Counted from the first letter of the stretch, positions 22,456 through 32,205 are shown. The stretch: DNA of 64,000 nt from an uncultured archaeon (GCA_963799775.1 CAWCYD010000003.1:192001-256000); one strand, 5' to 3'. Numbers and translations are program-made. Notes: a model not told the origin generated them from the letters alone.

Positions 22456-23245
22456 CTCCGGCCTGGAGGACGACGACCAGGAGGCCCTGGCCAGGGACTA
22501 CTCGGCGACCTCGATTGCCACGCGGGTCCCGCGAAGCAGCGAGGGCAAGAACAGGAAGCTCAAGTTCTACGGCCACGGGATGCCCTACCTGAAGCACCTC
22601 GAAGTGAAGGGCCACCTCATAGTGATAGAGGGGCCGGACGCCTCAGGGAGGAGCACCCACACGCAGCGGATCCAGGCGAAGCTGGAGGCGGACGGGCACG
22701 CCGTGCTCGGCACCGGGCTAAAGCGGTCAGAGCTGATCAGCGAAGGGATCATCGAAGCCAAGGGGAACCTCGGTGTGGGGAAGCGCACCCTCTCCCTATT
22801 CTACGCTGCGGACTTTGCTGACCAGCTGGAGAACAAGATCATCCCCGCCCTCGAGGCAGGATACGTCGTCCTCGCCGACCGATACATCTACACGCTCATC
22901 GCCAGGAACAATGTGAGAGGCATAGAGAGGAGGTGGTCTAGGAGCCTGTTCGGCTTCGCCATGGTCCCCGACATGATATTCTACCTCGACGTGAACCCAG
23001 ACGAGCTCGTCCACCGCGTCTTCCAGAAGAACTCGATCCTCGACTACTACGAGTCGGGCATGGACATCGGGTTCTCCGACGACATGTACAAGTCCTTCTT
23101 GATATACCAGGGGAAGATGGCGAGAGAGTTCGAGAGGATGAAATCACTCTTCGGTCTCCAGTTCATCGACGGGAACAGGCCCATCGAGCAGGTCGATGCC
23201 GATCTGCAGTCGCGGATCGACTCGTTTCTCAACGGCGCGAAATGA
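22442..23245 (+). CDS. Second thymidylate-kinase-like protein with altered P-loop, probable PPK3 partner subunit
   Basis: EGPDASGRST (Lys replaced by Arg), LADRY; paralog of the upstream gene. Confidence 0.72.
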   Translation: MAITSSGLEDDDQEALARDYSATSIATRVPRSSEGKNRKLKFYGHGMPYLKHLEVKGHLIVIEGPDASGRSTHTQRIQAKLEADGHAVLGTGLKRSELISEGIIEAKGNLGVGKRTLSLFYAADFADQLENKIIPALEAGYVVLADRYIYTLIARNNVRGIERRWSRSLFGFAMVPDMIFYLDVNPDELVHRVFQKNSILDYYESGMDIGFSDDMYKSFLIYQGKMAREFERMKSLFGLQFIDGNRPIEQVDADLQSRIDSFLNGAK

Positions 23246-24025
23246 AGCCCCGTCAGCTCGCTGACGCCTTCAACAAGAGCGTCGAGGTCCATGGAGACCC
23301 GGCTGCGTTACTTCCTCAACTCCGGAGACCCGGCGAACACCCAGTCTCTGCGGCGGGCGATCAGGCGCCTGAGGGACCTCGCACTCGGTCCTGCCGAAGA
23401 AGCTGAGGGAGAAGGAGTCCACAAAGGAGTACTTCAAGCGGCTAGACAAGCTCTCAAGGGTGACCGGAGAGGTCAGGGACATCGACACCATCGCAACCCG
23501 TGCCGCCGAGGTTACGAACGCTGGAGATTGGAGGTCTATGGCGACGGAGCTCGCCAAGATGAGGGCCTCGCGGCTGCGTGACGCCATGAACACCGCGAGG
23601 GAGCTCGAGAAGACAAAGGTTCACCGGGCCTGGAGCCGGAAGACCTCAGCCAGGCAAGGATCGACCGCAGGATGGAAAAGAGGAGGAGGCGCCTTGAGAA
23701 GAAGGTGGGCAAGGAGTTCGAGGAGTTCCTTACGACGCAGGAGATGGACGTGATGCACTCACTCCGGAAAGACTCGAAGCGCCTCAGGCACCTGATGGAG
23801 CTCTACGGGAAGAACGGAGGCGACCCCTTCCTGAAGCAGCTGCGTGCCATCCAGGACGAGCTGGGCGTGATTCGGGACCACGACCTCGTCATCGACTTTC
23901 TCAGGAGCAGGGTGAAGCTCGCAAGCACACGGGCGCTCGTGAGGGAGGAGATAGCCCGGAGGCACGCAGGATTGGAAGACTTCGTGACAAAGTACCGAGG
24001 CCAAGCACGAGTAGTCCCTGCCTAG
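23242..24025 (+). CDS. CHAD domain (polyphosphate-binding) protein (indels)
   Basis: RRAIRRL, TGEVRDID, HSLRKDSKRLRH, QDELGVIRDHD. Confidence 0.85.
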
Positions 24026-24109
24026 TGGTCGGATTCCGCTCTGGCGGTTGCATCAGGTTCGCAAGGTGGCTGGGTTTTGATTGGTGAGCGTCGACACAAG
24101 CTGAATAGA

Positions 24110-24118
24110 TTTTTAAAG
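24110..24118 (+). promoter_or_regulatory. Archaeal TATA box of the tRNA-Gln gene
   Basis: TTTTTAAAG about 30 nt upstream of the mature tRNA 5' end. Confidence 0.6.
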
Positions 24119-24149
24119 TCACATGGCTCGACGATCTCTAGCCCGAGGC

Positions 24150-24239
24150 AGCCCGGTGGAGGATAATACCGCCGACTGTAGTGGTCAAGCATACTGGCCT
24201 TTGGAGCCGGTGACCCAGGTTCGAACCCTGGCCGGGCTA
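24150..24239 (+). tRNA. tRNA-Gln(UUG) with a 17-nt non-canonical intron (24160-24176)
   Basis: Acceptor AGCCCGG/CCGGGCT, anticodon arm CTGGC-CTTTGGA-GCCGG, T arm CCAGG-TTCGAAC-CCTGG; D stem GTGT/GCAT forms only after removing AGGATAATACCGCCGAC. Confidence 0.9.
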
Positions 24240-24328
24240 CTCAAATTGAAGCGCGTTTCAGCCGCATTTGGTTGCTGGCGGATGTCTAGTGAGACTTATC
24301 AGGACGGACCTCCCAGTGCGAACTCGGA

Positions 24329-24514
24329 ATGTCTGGCGATAGCGAGAAGCCCGAACGGGTCTTGCCGGCCGCCACATTTGAGTGCGTGCGCTGCGGGACT
24401 CGCGTGACGGCCGAAGAATTGTCAAGACTTCCGGAAGCCACCTGCGCCAATTGCGGATACAAGGTCTTCAGGAAAGTCCGCGGACCAGCTTTCAAGAACA
24501 TCAAGGCAGACTAG
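24329..24514 (+). CDS. rpo12: RNA polymerase subunit Rpo12 (P)
   Basis: FECVRCG...CANCGYKVFRKVR...IKAD. Confidence 0.88.
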   Translation: MSGDSEKPERVLPAATFECVRCGTRVTAEELSRLPEATCANCGYKVFRKVRGPAFKNIKAD

Positions 24515-24752
24515 ACCTCTGGGGGTTCTCGCGACCGGCTGAGGGTTCCGGGACGCCCGCCCTTCTCTGTCTCCATCCACCGAGAGAAACACTCACGAAG
24601 ACATAAATCAAAGAATCCATCCGAAGGAAGAACATATCGCCTAAAATCTCCCCGCAGACAAGCACATCATCGGTCAACTGCTTGGCCGTGCGAGAATTAG
24701 GGTCATCGGCTCCCGTGCGCCTCCGCGCAGCAATACTCGACGAGATGAGGGC

Positions 24753-25874
24753 ATGACTTCCGAGATTAGCAGCAACCACGGCAGATTCCGGTGGGGGCTG
24801 AACATCGACGACCTCTGGAAGTACACAGGCCTAGGAATCCCCAATTCGGTCGTAGTCCCATACCTGCTGTCAGTCCCAGTCCACCAGGACGGGTTTCGAC
24901 TGCCTAGGGAAGACGCGGGCCAGACTGCCGCCCCATCCTCGCCAACATCGAGGCGAGCTCAGACGGTCGACGGAAGGAGCCCGGAGGCCCTGGCGTCTTT
25001 CCTCAGGGAGAGAGGCGTTGACTTCGTGCGCTGCTGGTTCCAGTGGAACTTCTTCCAGGACAGCGTCGACGAAAGAGAATCGACCTCTGGAAGCAAGGAC
25101 GCTGGGTTCGTGTTTCCTTTGGATGACTTTGTCTCGAAGATGAACGGAGCCGGGATCCGCATAATTGGGGCGATTGGAAGCGGATATCAGCGCTTTCTGC
25201 CTGCCGGATTGGGGACCGACCGCCTCAACGACTATCTGGTGAGGTTGCGCGATTCATCGACGCAGATTGTGCGCCATTACAAGTACTCGGTCAAGGTCTG
25301 GCAAATCGAGAACGAGCCGAACTGGTGGTGGGCTCATTACACGAGCCAATGGCGGAAAGGGTTGGTCTGGCTACGGGCGAGGAACCAGGAAGCAATCTTG
25401 CGGACTCTTCATGACGTCGTGCGCTCCGAGTCTCCTGACGCGGCGATAATAGTCAACCTGAAAGTCGATGACAAGCGCGCCAACTGGGGACTCTATTCCA
25501 AGTATTGCGACATCCTCGGACTCGATTGGTATCCGAACTACCTTCGGAGCACGCCGGACACAGGGGCGGATCTGCGAAGGACCGCGTCCAGAATCAAGAA
25601 AGAGACGGGTCTCCCAATCATCGTGGTAGAGACCGGTTATCCCTCGAGCCCGAAGGTCTTCGGATTCAACGAAATGAATCAGTCACAATACGTGAGGGCC
25701 GCCTGCGAGGCGGCATACAGCTGCGACGCAATCAGCGGCCTCGGCTGGTTCAGGTTCTCCGACAGCCACTGGAGGTCGTTCCCGCCCCAGGAGAATCATT
25801 TCGGGCTGTTGAATCGAGAGGGGACACCGAAGGCGGGGTGGGGAGAATTCGTATCCCAGATCGTCCGGAAGTAG
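24753..25874 (+). CDS. Clan GH-A glycoside hydrolase
   Basis: WQIENEPN acid/base and IVVETGYPS nucleophile motifs; C-terminal ENHFGLL...PK. Confidence 0.75.
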   Translation: MTSEISSNHGRFRWGLNIDDLWKYTGLGIPNSVVVPYLLSVPVHQDGFRLPREDAGQTAAPSSPTSRRAQTVDGRSPEALASFLRERGVDFVRCWFQWNFFQDSVDERESTSGSKDAGFVFPLDDFVSKMNGAGIRIIGAIGSGYQRFLPAGLGTDRLNDYLVRLRDSSTQIVRHYKYSVKVWQIENEPNWWWAHYTSQWRKGLVWLRARNQEAILRTLHDVVRSESPDAAIIVNLKVDDKRANWGLYSKYCDILGLDWYPNYLRSTPDTGADLRRTASRIKKETGLPIIVVETGYPSSPKVFGFNEMNQSQYVRAACEAAYSCDAISGLGWFRFSDSHWRSFPPQENHFGLLNREGTPKAGWGEFVSQIVRK

Positions 25875-25993
25875 ATGGCGCAAAGACGCCACAGACCTCG
25901 TCCATCGGTTATCCCGAGCGTCTGGACAGGAAGGAACACTCCTCTACCAAGGATAAATTACGCCTTGAGTCCGGTGGGCTGCCGGGAACCTCT

Positions 25994-26812
25994 ATGCTCT
26001 CAAACGGGATAAAGAGGCGTCGCGTCGCCTACTTGTTTGCCGCGGGCCTGCTCCTCTCGATCGCGGCTTACATCGCGTTCTACCTCCTCTCAATGATCCC
26101 GAGCCCTCCCGTACCCGCCTCAATTGCAACCCCAGGGTACTCTCGTATGATGGCCGCCTACTGGTCGTGGTATCATGACTATTGGGCATTTGTCGAGGCG
26201 TGCGGCTTTTGTTTCGCTGCCGCGTTGCTCCTCGCCCTTGGGGTCGTGGCCTCGCTTGCCCCTCGGAAGGTCCAGGTGGCGTCCTTTCTGATGTTGAACT
26301 TCTTCTTCGCGTGGACCTCACATGTGTTCTCAGACATCTCAGGCCCAGTCGCGAAAGCCCTGACTACGATGATAACAATACAGGACAGGTTCATCTGGAG
26401 TAACCTGAACCTCAATTGGGTCACGGGGTACACGCAGGTGGTCGCCGACATGGAAGCGTTCGTCTTCTTTGTCCTGCTTCTCAGCCTTACGTTCGCGCTC
26501 AACCTGAAGGACGGGAGGAGGAAAGCTCTGCTTCTGGCCGCCCAGATCGGAGCGCTTTCCCTTGTGATTCTGGGAGCGGAGATAGCCGTCCTGGACTACC
26601 AGGAGTTCTACCTGCACGCGACAGACATCCAGCTCCAGTTCCATATCGCCCCCTGGTTCAGCAACGCGGACCTCTTCTTCTCCGGTCTCGTTGCGCTGGT
26701 CGCCAGCACCGCCATGTTGCGTTCGAGCCGACCGGGCCGATCCGTCACCGAGCTCAGCAGACTAAGGAAGTTAGGCGCAAAGGGCAAGACCGACGTCCAG
26801 GAAAACGGGTAA
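25994..26812 (+). CDS. Multi-pass membrane protein, unknown function
   Basis: About 6 hydrophobic segments from ATG 25994. Confidence 0.7.
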   Translation: MLSNGIKRRRVAYLFAAGLLLSIAAYIAFYLLSMIPSPPVPASIATPGYSRMMAAYWSWYHDYWAFVEACGFCFAAALLLALGVVASLAPRKVQVASFLMLNFFFAWTSHVFSDISGPVAKALTTMITIQDRFIWSNLNLNWVTGYTQVVADMEAFVFFVLLLSLTFALNLKDGRRKALLLAAQIGALSLVILGAEIAVLDYQEFYLHATDIQLQFHIAPWFSNADLFFSGLVALVASTAMLRSSRPGRSVTELSRLRKLGAKGKTDVQENG

Positions 26813-26846
26813 TACGCCCTCCTGAAGTCGCTCAGAATCAACGACG

Positions 26847-27646
26847 CTAGGCTTGCGCTGCCGGCGGGCCGCTGAAGTTCATGCTAGCACTCCTCAGAGT
26901 CCCGCGCGTCAGCATTAGCGCGAGCACCACGCTAGCCAAGCCGATGGCGAAGATCAGACCTTCGAAAAGGGCCAACCCTAGACCGCCGGCGAACGGGACG
27001 ATAAAGTCGACCAGTCCCATAGGGAGAGCGGCAAGCACCAGAGTCTTCTTCCGGAAGACCGCCGCAAGAACGCAGAGATAGCCCCAAGAGAAATGAAGCA
27101 GGAGCGAGGAAACCCGCTCGAGGAGCCTCGAAGCCGACGTATTGGAGGGCGCCGGCTGGAGGGTCGAAGAGGTATGGGGCGGCCTTTGAGATGGCCGAGT
27201 ACAACTGCTGGGCAGTGGCTCCCGTCCCGGAGAGCGTCAAGTAATACGCCACGTAGTCGATCAGCGTGACAGCCCCTATGAAGACGCCATTCTCCCAGAG
27301 CGCCAGACTGACACCAAAGCCTTCGGCATCGTTCGCCCTGATGAAGCCGCGCGGGACCGCATATCTTGCGACAAGATACGCCCCTCCCACCTCGAGGAAG
27401 ACGGTCTGCAGCCCGAAATACGGGCCTAACACCCAAGGATTGCCCGCGACCGCGGAATTGAGAGGCGCATAGGTAAGGGCCTGGAACAGGACGCTTCGCC
27501 CCAATAGCCCCGAAATACGCCAAAGCCGAGAAGATGACCACCATCACCCCGAGCCTTCTTCGGCGATGCCAGTAGTAGGCCAGACCGAAGCTGAACGCGA
27601 CTACCGCTATCGGGCCGATGAAGAAGATGGGGTCTATGTTCGGCAG
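26847..27646 (-). CDS. YhfC/PrsW-like intramembrane metalloprotease family protein (indels; probable CTG start)
   Basis: TM helices; LEVGG, GVSLALWEN, ER.SSLLLHFSWG pieces across three frames. Confidence 0.65.
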
Positions 27647-27788
27647 CTGTCACAACCACCTCTTGTGTGGCGACAGCACCCCGTCCGCTATCGCCTTTTG
27701 AATGCTAGGGCTGGCCCTGGGTCGAGCCCCCGGCGGGGCAGGAAACGGTTATTGCGGCTTCGGACGCCTCGAGGCTGACGAGGCACCT

Positions 27789-28100
27789 TTGGTCCACGAG
27801 CACAGGGAGAGGATCTACATCCGAAAGGACATCATCCTCAAGCTCGCGGAGCACGGGGAGCTGAACCAGAGCCAGCTCATGAGCTACTGCGGCCTCAACA
27901 ACGTGAAACACAAACCGATCGTCGATGAGATGGTCGAGAGGGGACTCATCCTCAGGACCGAGCAGCCTTGGGGGTCGAAGAAGGTCATCAAGTACAAGGT
28001 CTCAGACATCGGCCAGAAGCTGGCCAGGGAGATCTTTGAGCCCTACGAGCTGCTTTTCCCTCGAAGCGAGACAGGAAAGAAGGAGGAAGGGAGCAAATGA
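27789..28100 (+). CDS. Winged-helix DNA-binding protein
   Basis: HRERIYIRKDII..L...LNQSQLMSYCGLN...GLI...YKVSDIG. Confidence 0.8.
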   Translation: MVHEHRERIYIRKDIILKLAEHGELNQSQLMSYCGLNNVKHKPIVDEMVERGLILRTEQPWGSKKVIKYKVSDIGQKLAREIFEPYELLFPRSETGKKEEGSK

Positions 28101-28170
28101 CCCGAGGCTCGGAGAAAGGTAACTCAGTGCCTTCACCCTTTTTAGAAGAGAGGGAGGTCGATCCCTACAG

Positions 28171-28518
28171 TTGACAAGTTCGGAGGGGAATGGAGGGGAA
28201 GAGATGCCGCAGGAGAACATCCTCCGTATCACTGACGAGCTCGTCAAGGAGATCGACAGGAGCAAGAAACTGGTGATAGTCATGGTGGTCGCGCTGGTCG
28301 TCGGCGTCCCCGTCTCTTGGCACGCAGCTCCCCTCCTGAGCGGGTCCCCTGACAGCTTCAGGGTTGTAGGCTACTCCACGATCCTGATTGCCCTCTTCTT
28401 TCTCGCAGTTGGGATAAGACAATGGATGATTCTCTCAAAATGGACGGCCAGGTATGGAGCCTACAAGGCATCGCAGGCAAAGATCGACGCCCAACTAGAC
28501 TTTGAGAGCGAGAAGTAG
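28171..28518 (+). CDS. Small two-TM membrane protein
   Basis: Two hydrophobic segments; TATA-like TTTTTA upstream. Confidence 0.65.
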   Translation: MTSSEGNGGEEMPQENILRITDELVKEIDRSKKLVIVMVVALVVGVPVSWHAAPLLSGSPDSFRVVGYSTILIALFFLAVGIRQWMILSKWTARYGAYKASQAKIDAQLDFESEK

Positions 28519-28611
28519 GCCTGACGGGTCGCCCGATCGTCCCTTCGGGTAACTGAGTTACGTAATACAGGTTACCGGGGCTTATATCGAGAATTCAGCC
28601 CTTGCCGTTTC

Positions 28612-29061
28612 ATGAATCTGCAAAGAAGAGGGGTAGGAAAGTCCGTCATAGCCGGGATCGTGATCGTGGTGATAGCATTCGCAGGAGTCGCGGTCTACAT
28701 GGTGGTGTCGAACACCGCTGCACCAAACTCCAGCGTCTGCAGCGCGGCCAGCGGGAGCTCGAGCGGGCCGGTGCAGGTCTCGATCTACACCGGCTCTGGC
28801 AACTCGGCGAACCCCCCAGGCTACAAGCCCGACACCCTCACGCTGGTGATAGGTGTCAACAACACCGTAACGTGGACCAACAACGACTCCGTCCACCACA
28901 CAGTCACCTCGACTAGCGCTCCGGCAGGGGGCTCCTTCAACTCCGGGAACATGAACGCTGGGGCCACCTGCACCCACACTTTCAGCGTGGCGGGAACGTA
29001 TCAGTATGACTGCGTCTATCACAGCTGGATGACCGGGACCATCACGGTAAAGGCGAGCTAG
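28612..29061 (+). CDS. Membrane-anchored plastocyanin/azurin-type blue copper protein
   Basis: N-terminal TM; VTWTNNDSVHHTVT and YDCVYHSWMTG type-1 copper ligands. Confidence 0.9.
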   Translation: MNLQRRGVGKSVIAGIVIVVIAFAGVAVYMVVSNTAAPNSSVCSAASGSSSGPVQVSIYTGSGNSANPPGYKPDTLTLVIGVNNTVTWTNNDSVHHTVTSTSAPAGGSFNSGNMNAGATCTHTFSVAGTYQYDCVYHSWMTGTITVKAS

Positions 29062-29072
29062 GAGGACTGGTC

Positions 29073-29444
29073 ATGGCATCAAGCGCCAAGGTCAGGGGGC
29101 TCGCGGCGAACCTCGCCGCAGCCGCCACTGTGGCCCTCTCGGTCCTCTACCTGCTGGGATTCTATGCCGGGATAACCTTCCGCGGAGCAGCGCTTCTAGC
29201 GATCTTCGTCTCGATAGCCGCTTTTCTTCTAAGCCTGAGAATCAGGTCGGTCTCTGTGGCGGCCATGTTGATGTTGGCGGGACTACTCATCCAGATCCCG
29301 CCTATCCAGGCCATCGCCGAGGCGGGGACGATCGCCTATCCCGGACCGATATTGGGTGTGATCTTCTTCATTCCGATACTAATCCTTGGACTCGTCAAGG
29401 CGGCCACCAGCCTCAGGGCCTCCAAGACAGAGGCCCGGGACTGA
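29073..29444 (+). CDS. Four-TM membrane protein
   Basis: Hydrophobic throughout; SD GGAGG upstream. Confidence 0.7.
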   Translation: MASSAKVRGLAANLAAAATVALSVLYLLGFYAGITFRGAALLAIFVSIAAFLLSLRIRSVSVAAMLMLAGLLIQIPPIQAIAEAGTIAYPGPILGVIFFIPILILGLVKAATSLRASKTEARD

Positions 29445-29459
29445 AGATACTCCGATGGG

Positions 29460-29478
29460 TGTTACCCCATGAGTAACA
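29460..29478. promoter_or_regulatory. Palindromic operator TGTTAC-N7-GTAACA
   Basis: Perfect 6-bp inverted repeat, arms repeated at 31266. Confidence 0.7.
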
Positions 29479-29513
29479 TCACGAATATCCGGCGTGACTC
29501 GGTGGTTCACACC

Positions 29514-29699
29514 GTGGCAGCGAGGCGACAGTCACGTCATCTGGCAAGAAGCGACGCGCGAAGTGGGAGCATCACTGCCTCGCAAGCGCTTCTCGCAGGA
29601 TTGCCGGACCTTCTTGCCTTCTCGCCCACCTCATCACTGGCGATAATCTTCTCGCTCATGGCCATGTCGAGCGTGCGCGCAAAGACGGGCGACCGATGA
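29514..29699 (+). CDS. Small hypothetical protein
   Basis: GTG ~24 nt after GAATATCC; stop overlaps next ATG (ATGA). Confidence 0.35.
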   Translation: MAARRQSRHLARSDARSGSITASQALLAGLPDLLAFSPTSSLAIIFSLMAMSSVRAKTGDR

Positions 29700-30433
29700 T
29701 GTCCGGGTCAAGCCAAGCTACCCGAGCTGCGACGGTCATCCTTGCTGCTCTCTTCCTTCTCTCGTGCGCCCTTAACTTCGGCCTCAAGATACCACCCTTG
29801 GGCTTCTCCTCACCTTCGTCGTCGATAGCGGAGTTCGAGATCCTCATCGGCGCCGTCCTTCTTGCCGCGGCGCTGGTCTCGCGGCCCTATGTCTATGCGG
29901 GCGCGTTCTTGCTCGCGTCTGTCGGCATCCTAGAAGGGCTGCTCTCCGCAGACATCCAGGGGCAAGCGCGGGAACTCCACGAGGTAATGATTCCTTTCTT
30001 GGCGGCAGGCTGGGTCTTGGTCGCGCTAGAGGCGCGCGCTTCCTATCGGTCTAGGAAGACGAGCCCGCCAGGAGAATCGCGCCACGGGCTCATAACCGCG
30101 TTGCAATTCTTCGTCGGCGTCTTGGTCACCCTGGGCGGGGCAGCCTTCGCCATGAGCGGGACCTTCCCGGTGGGAACGGCGCTGGGGTCGGTGCACTTTG
30201 TGGTGGGCATCGGGGGCCTCGTCGGAGGCTACGCCGTCTATCGGAGAAAGCCGTGGGCAAGGGCCTTCCTCATAGCGATCAACATCGTGACCATCGCGTA
30301 CAGCGCCTTCGCGGAAACCTTGGCCGAGGTGTACGCGTACCTGCCGCGAGGGATCAACGACGCGCTGATAGGGACCGTCGTCGCGATAGTCGTGAGTGCT
30401 GCGATAATCTATCTGCTCAGAGACGAGAGGTAG
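29696..30433 (+). CDS. Multi-pass membrane protein
   Basis: About 8 hydrophobic segments. Confidence 0.7.
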   Translation: MMSGSSQATRAATVILAALFLLSCALNFGLKIPPLGFSSPSSSIAEFEILIGAVLLAAALVSRPYVYAGAFLLASVGILEGLLSADIQGQARELHEVMIPFLAAGWVLVALEARASYRSRKTSPPGESRHGLITALQFFVGVLVTLGGAAFAMSGTFPVGTALGSVHFVVGIGGLVGGYAVYRRKPWARAFLIAINIVTIAYSAFAETLAEVYAYLPRGINDALIGTVVAIVVSAAIIYLLRDER

Positions 30434-30438
30434 TCTCT

Positions 30439-31260
30439 TCAGAGCTTCCTCGTGTAGAGCCCTACTATCCTCTCGGCGGTCGCTTTTTGGATGGCGGGGA
30501 CGCCTGGCGCGCGGATGAGTATCGCCGCGACCTTCTTCGGGTCGGACCCGTTGTCGACGATGTCGAAGGCTGTCTTCTCGTCGACGACTATCATGCCTCC
30601 CTGCCCTGCCATCCCCGCGAACGTCGCGACGATTTTCTCGTCGTAGGGCTGGAGCTTCATCCTCAGCGTGGGGGAGGTCTTGACGGTCCTGAACTCTATC
30701 ACCGAGCGGTCGTCCGAGGAAACTTCGATTTCCTCAAGAGGGCTCACCATAGAGACGATCTTGGTCCTGACGCCCCTTGCCGCAGCTGCCTTGAGGGCAG
30801 TCTTGACAGCCAGCGGGTATTTTGGAGGGTATCCGCCTATCCCGAAGACCTCTGACTTGGCCTCGTAGATCAGCTCGGCGAGGCGCCTCTTCACGCCCGT
30901 CTCGCCCCTGACCACCCACGCGGAGCTGGAAAAGCTGTCCTCCGCGGTCTCTCCCGCCTCCTCCTGCTTCCTCTGGAGAACGCCGAGGGCTTCCTTGGCC
31001 TCGCTGCCGTAGCCTTCGAGGAGGTGGTCGATGATCGTCTTCGCTCCTATGGCCCTGTAGAGGACGGGCCTCCCGTTTTGGACCTCGACCATCCCCCTGC
31101 TGGCCAGCTTCTCGAGAGACTCGTATGCCTTGTTCCTCGGGATCTCGGCATACCTGTGGACGTCTGAGGCGCCCGACGGGCCGAGGGCGATGAGAGCCTC
31201 TAGAGCCTTCGCCTCGTTCTTGTTGAGTCCTAGCCTCACGAGGTGGTCAGCGGAGCTCAT
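30439..31260 (-). CDS. TrmB family transcriptional regulator
   Basis: LGLNKNEAKA..AL, IPRNKAYESLEKLASRGMV, RPVLYRA; C-terminal effector domain. Confidence 0.9.
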   Translation of the reverse strand: MSSADHLVRLGLNKNEAKALEALIALGPSGASDVHRYAEIPRNKAYESLEKLASRGMVEVQNGRPVLYRAIGAKTIIDHLLEGYGSEAKEALGVLQRKQEEAGETAEDSFSSSAWVVRGETGVKRRLAELIYEAKSEVFGIGGYPPKYPLAVKTALKAAAARGVRTKIVSMVSPLEEIEVSSDDRSVIEFRTVKTSPTLRMKLQPYDEKIVATFAGMAGQGGMIVVDEKTAFDIVDNGSDPKKVAAILIRAPGVPAIQKATAERIVGLYTRKL

Positions 31261-31265
31261 TCTGA

Positions 31266-31284
31266 TGTTACCCTGATGGTAACA
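31266..31284. promoter_or_regulatory. Palindromic operator TGTTAC-N7-GTAACA in the divergent trmB/SHOCT promoter
   Basis: Perfect inverted repeat 5 nt upstream of the trmB start. Confidence 0.75.
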
Positions 31285-31319
31285 CCATCCCTAATAGGTT
31301 TCTCCGCGGCGATAGAGCC

Positions 31320-31688
31320 ATGTCGAGAATGTATGGGTCGGGTGCCCGCCCGCCGCGGCGATGGACGTGGCTCCCCTTGATAATCGCCGCGGGCCTGGTG
31401 GCCGTCTTTGCTTTGGGCGCCATCGCCTTCGGGGCAGGGCCCGCTTCGTCAGTCCAGGGTCCCTGGTATGGCTGGTGGTTCCCCGGCTGGTTCGTGTTCG
31501 TGCCTGTCTTCTTCCTACTCTTCTTCGGCCTAAGATGGCTTGTATGGGGAGGATGGGGGTGGGGCTGGTACCAGGGTGGCTACCGCGACCAGGCGCTGGA
31601 GACTCTGAGGGAAAGGTTCGCCCGCGGCGAGCTCGCGAAGGAGCAGTTCGAACAGATGCGCCGCGACCTCGAGGCCGCCAGGGCGTGA
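31320..31688 (+). CDS. SHOCT domain membrane protein
   Basis: Two TMs, W/G-rich linker, ALETLRERFARGEL..EQFEQM. Confidence 0.85.
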   Translation: MSRMYGSGARPPRRWTWLPLIIAAGLVAVFALGAIAFGAGPASSVQGPWYGWWFPGWFVFVPVFFLLFFGLRWLVWGGWGWGWYQGGYRDQALETLRERFARGELAKEQFEQMRRDLEAARA

Positions 31689-31773
31689 AAAACATGCTCG
31701 ATGCGTGTCATGGAGAGGGAAACACCGGGAATATCCAACTCCGGGTGAACGGGTGAAGAGGCGAACAAAAGAG

Positions 31774-32205
31774 TTGGTCAAGATTTCAAGGAGCAAGGAG
31801 ATGCGGACGAGCGTGGACAAGGCGTGGGGCCTCATCTCGGACGTGGACAACGATTCCAAGTATTGGTCCCAGATTAGGGACATCAAGGTCACATCCGCGG
31901 AGGGAAACATCGTAGAGCGCGACGCCACCGTCGGACCGAAGACCTTCAGCCATAAGAGCCACCAGGTCCTGGTCTTCGATCCCAAGAAGACGATCAAGCT
32001 CACGATGACGGGAGGCCCGATGGACGGCGAGAGGACGATAACCTTCGTCCCGCTGGGGAAGAACAACACGCGAATCGAGGTCGATTGGGAGCTGAAGCTC
32101 AAGGACGTCCCTGGCTTCGTCCAGACCATCGTCAAGGGCCAGATCGGCAAGGCCACGGACAACGCGCTGGAAAAGCTGGCCAAGGAGCTGGAGGCGAAGG
32201 CATGA
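31774..32205 (+). CDS. SRPBCC (START-like) family protein
   Basis: VDKAWGLISDVDN..KYW, GGPMDG, TRIEVDW. Confidence 0.85.
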   Translation: MVKISRSKEMRTSVDKAWGLISDVDNDSKYWSQIRDIKVTSAEGNIVERDATVGPKTFSHKSHQVLVFDPKKTIKLTMTGGPMDGERTITFVPLGKNNTRIEVDWELKLKDVPGFVQTIVKGQIGKATDNALEKLAKELEAKA

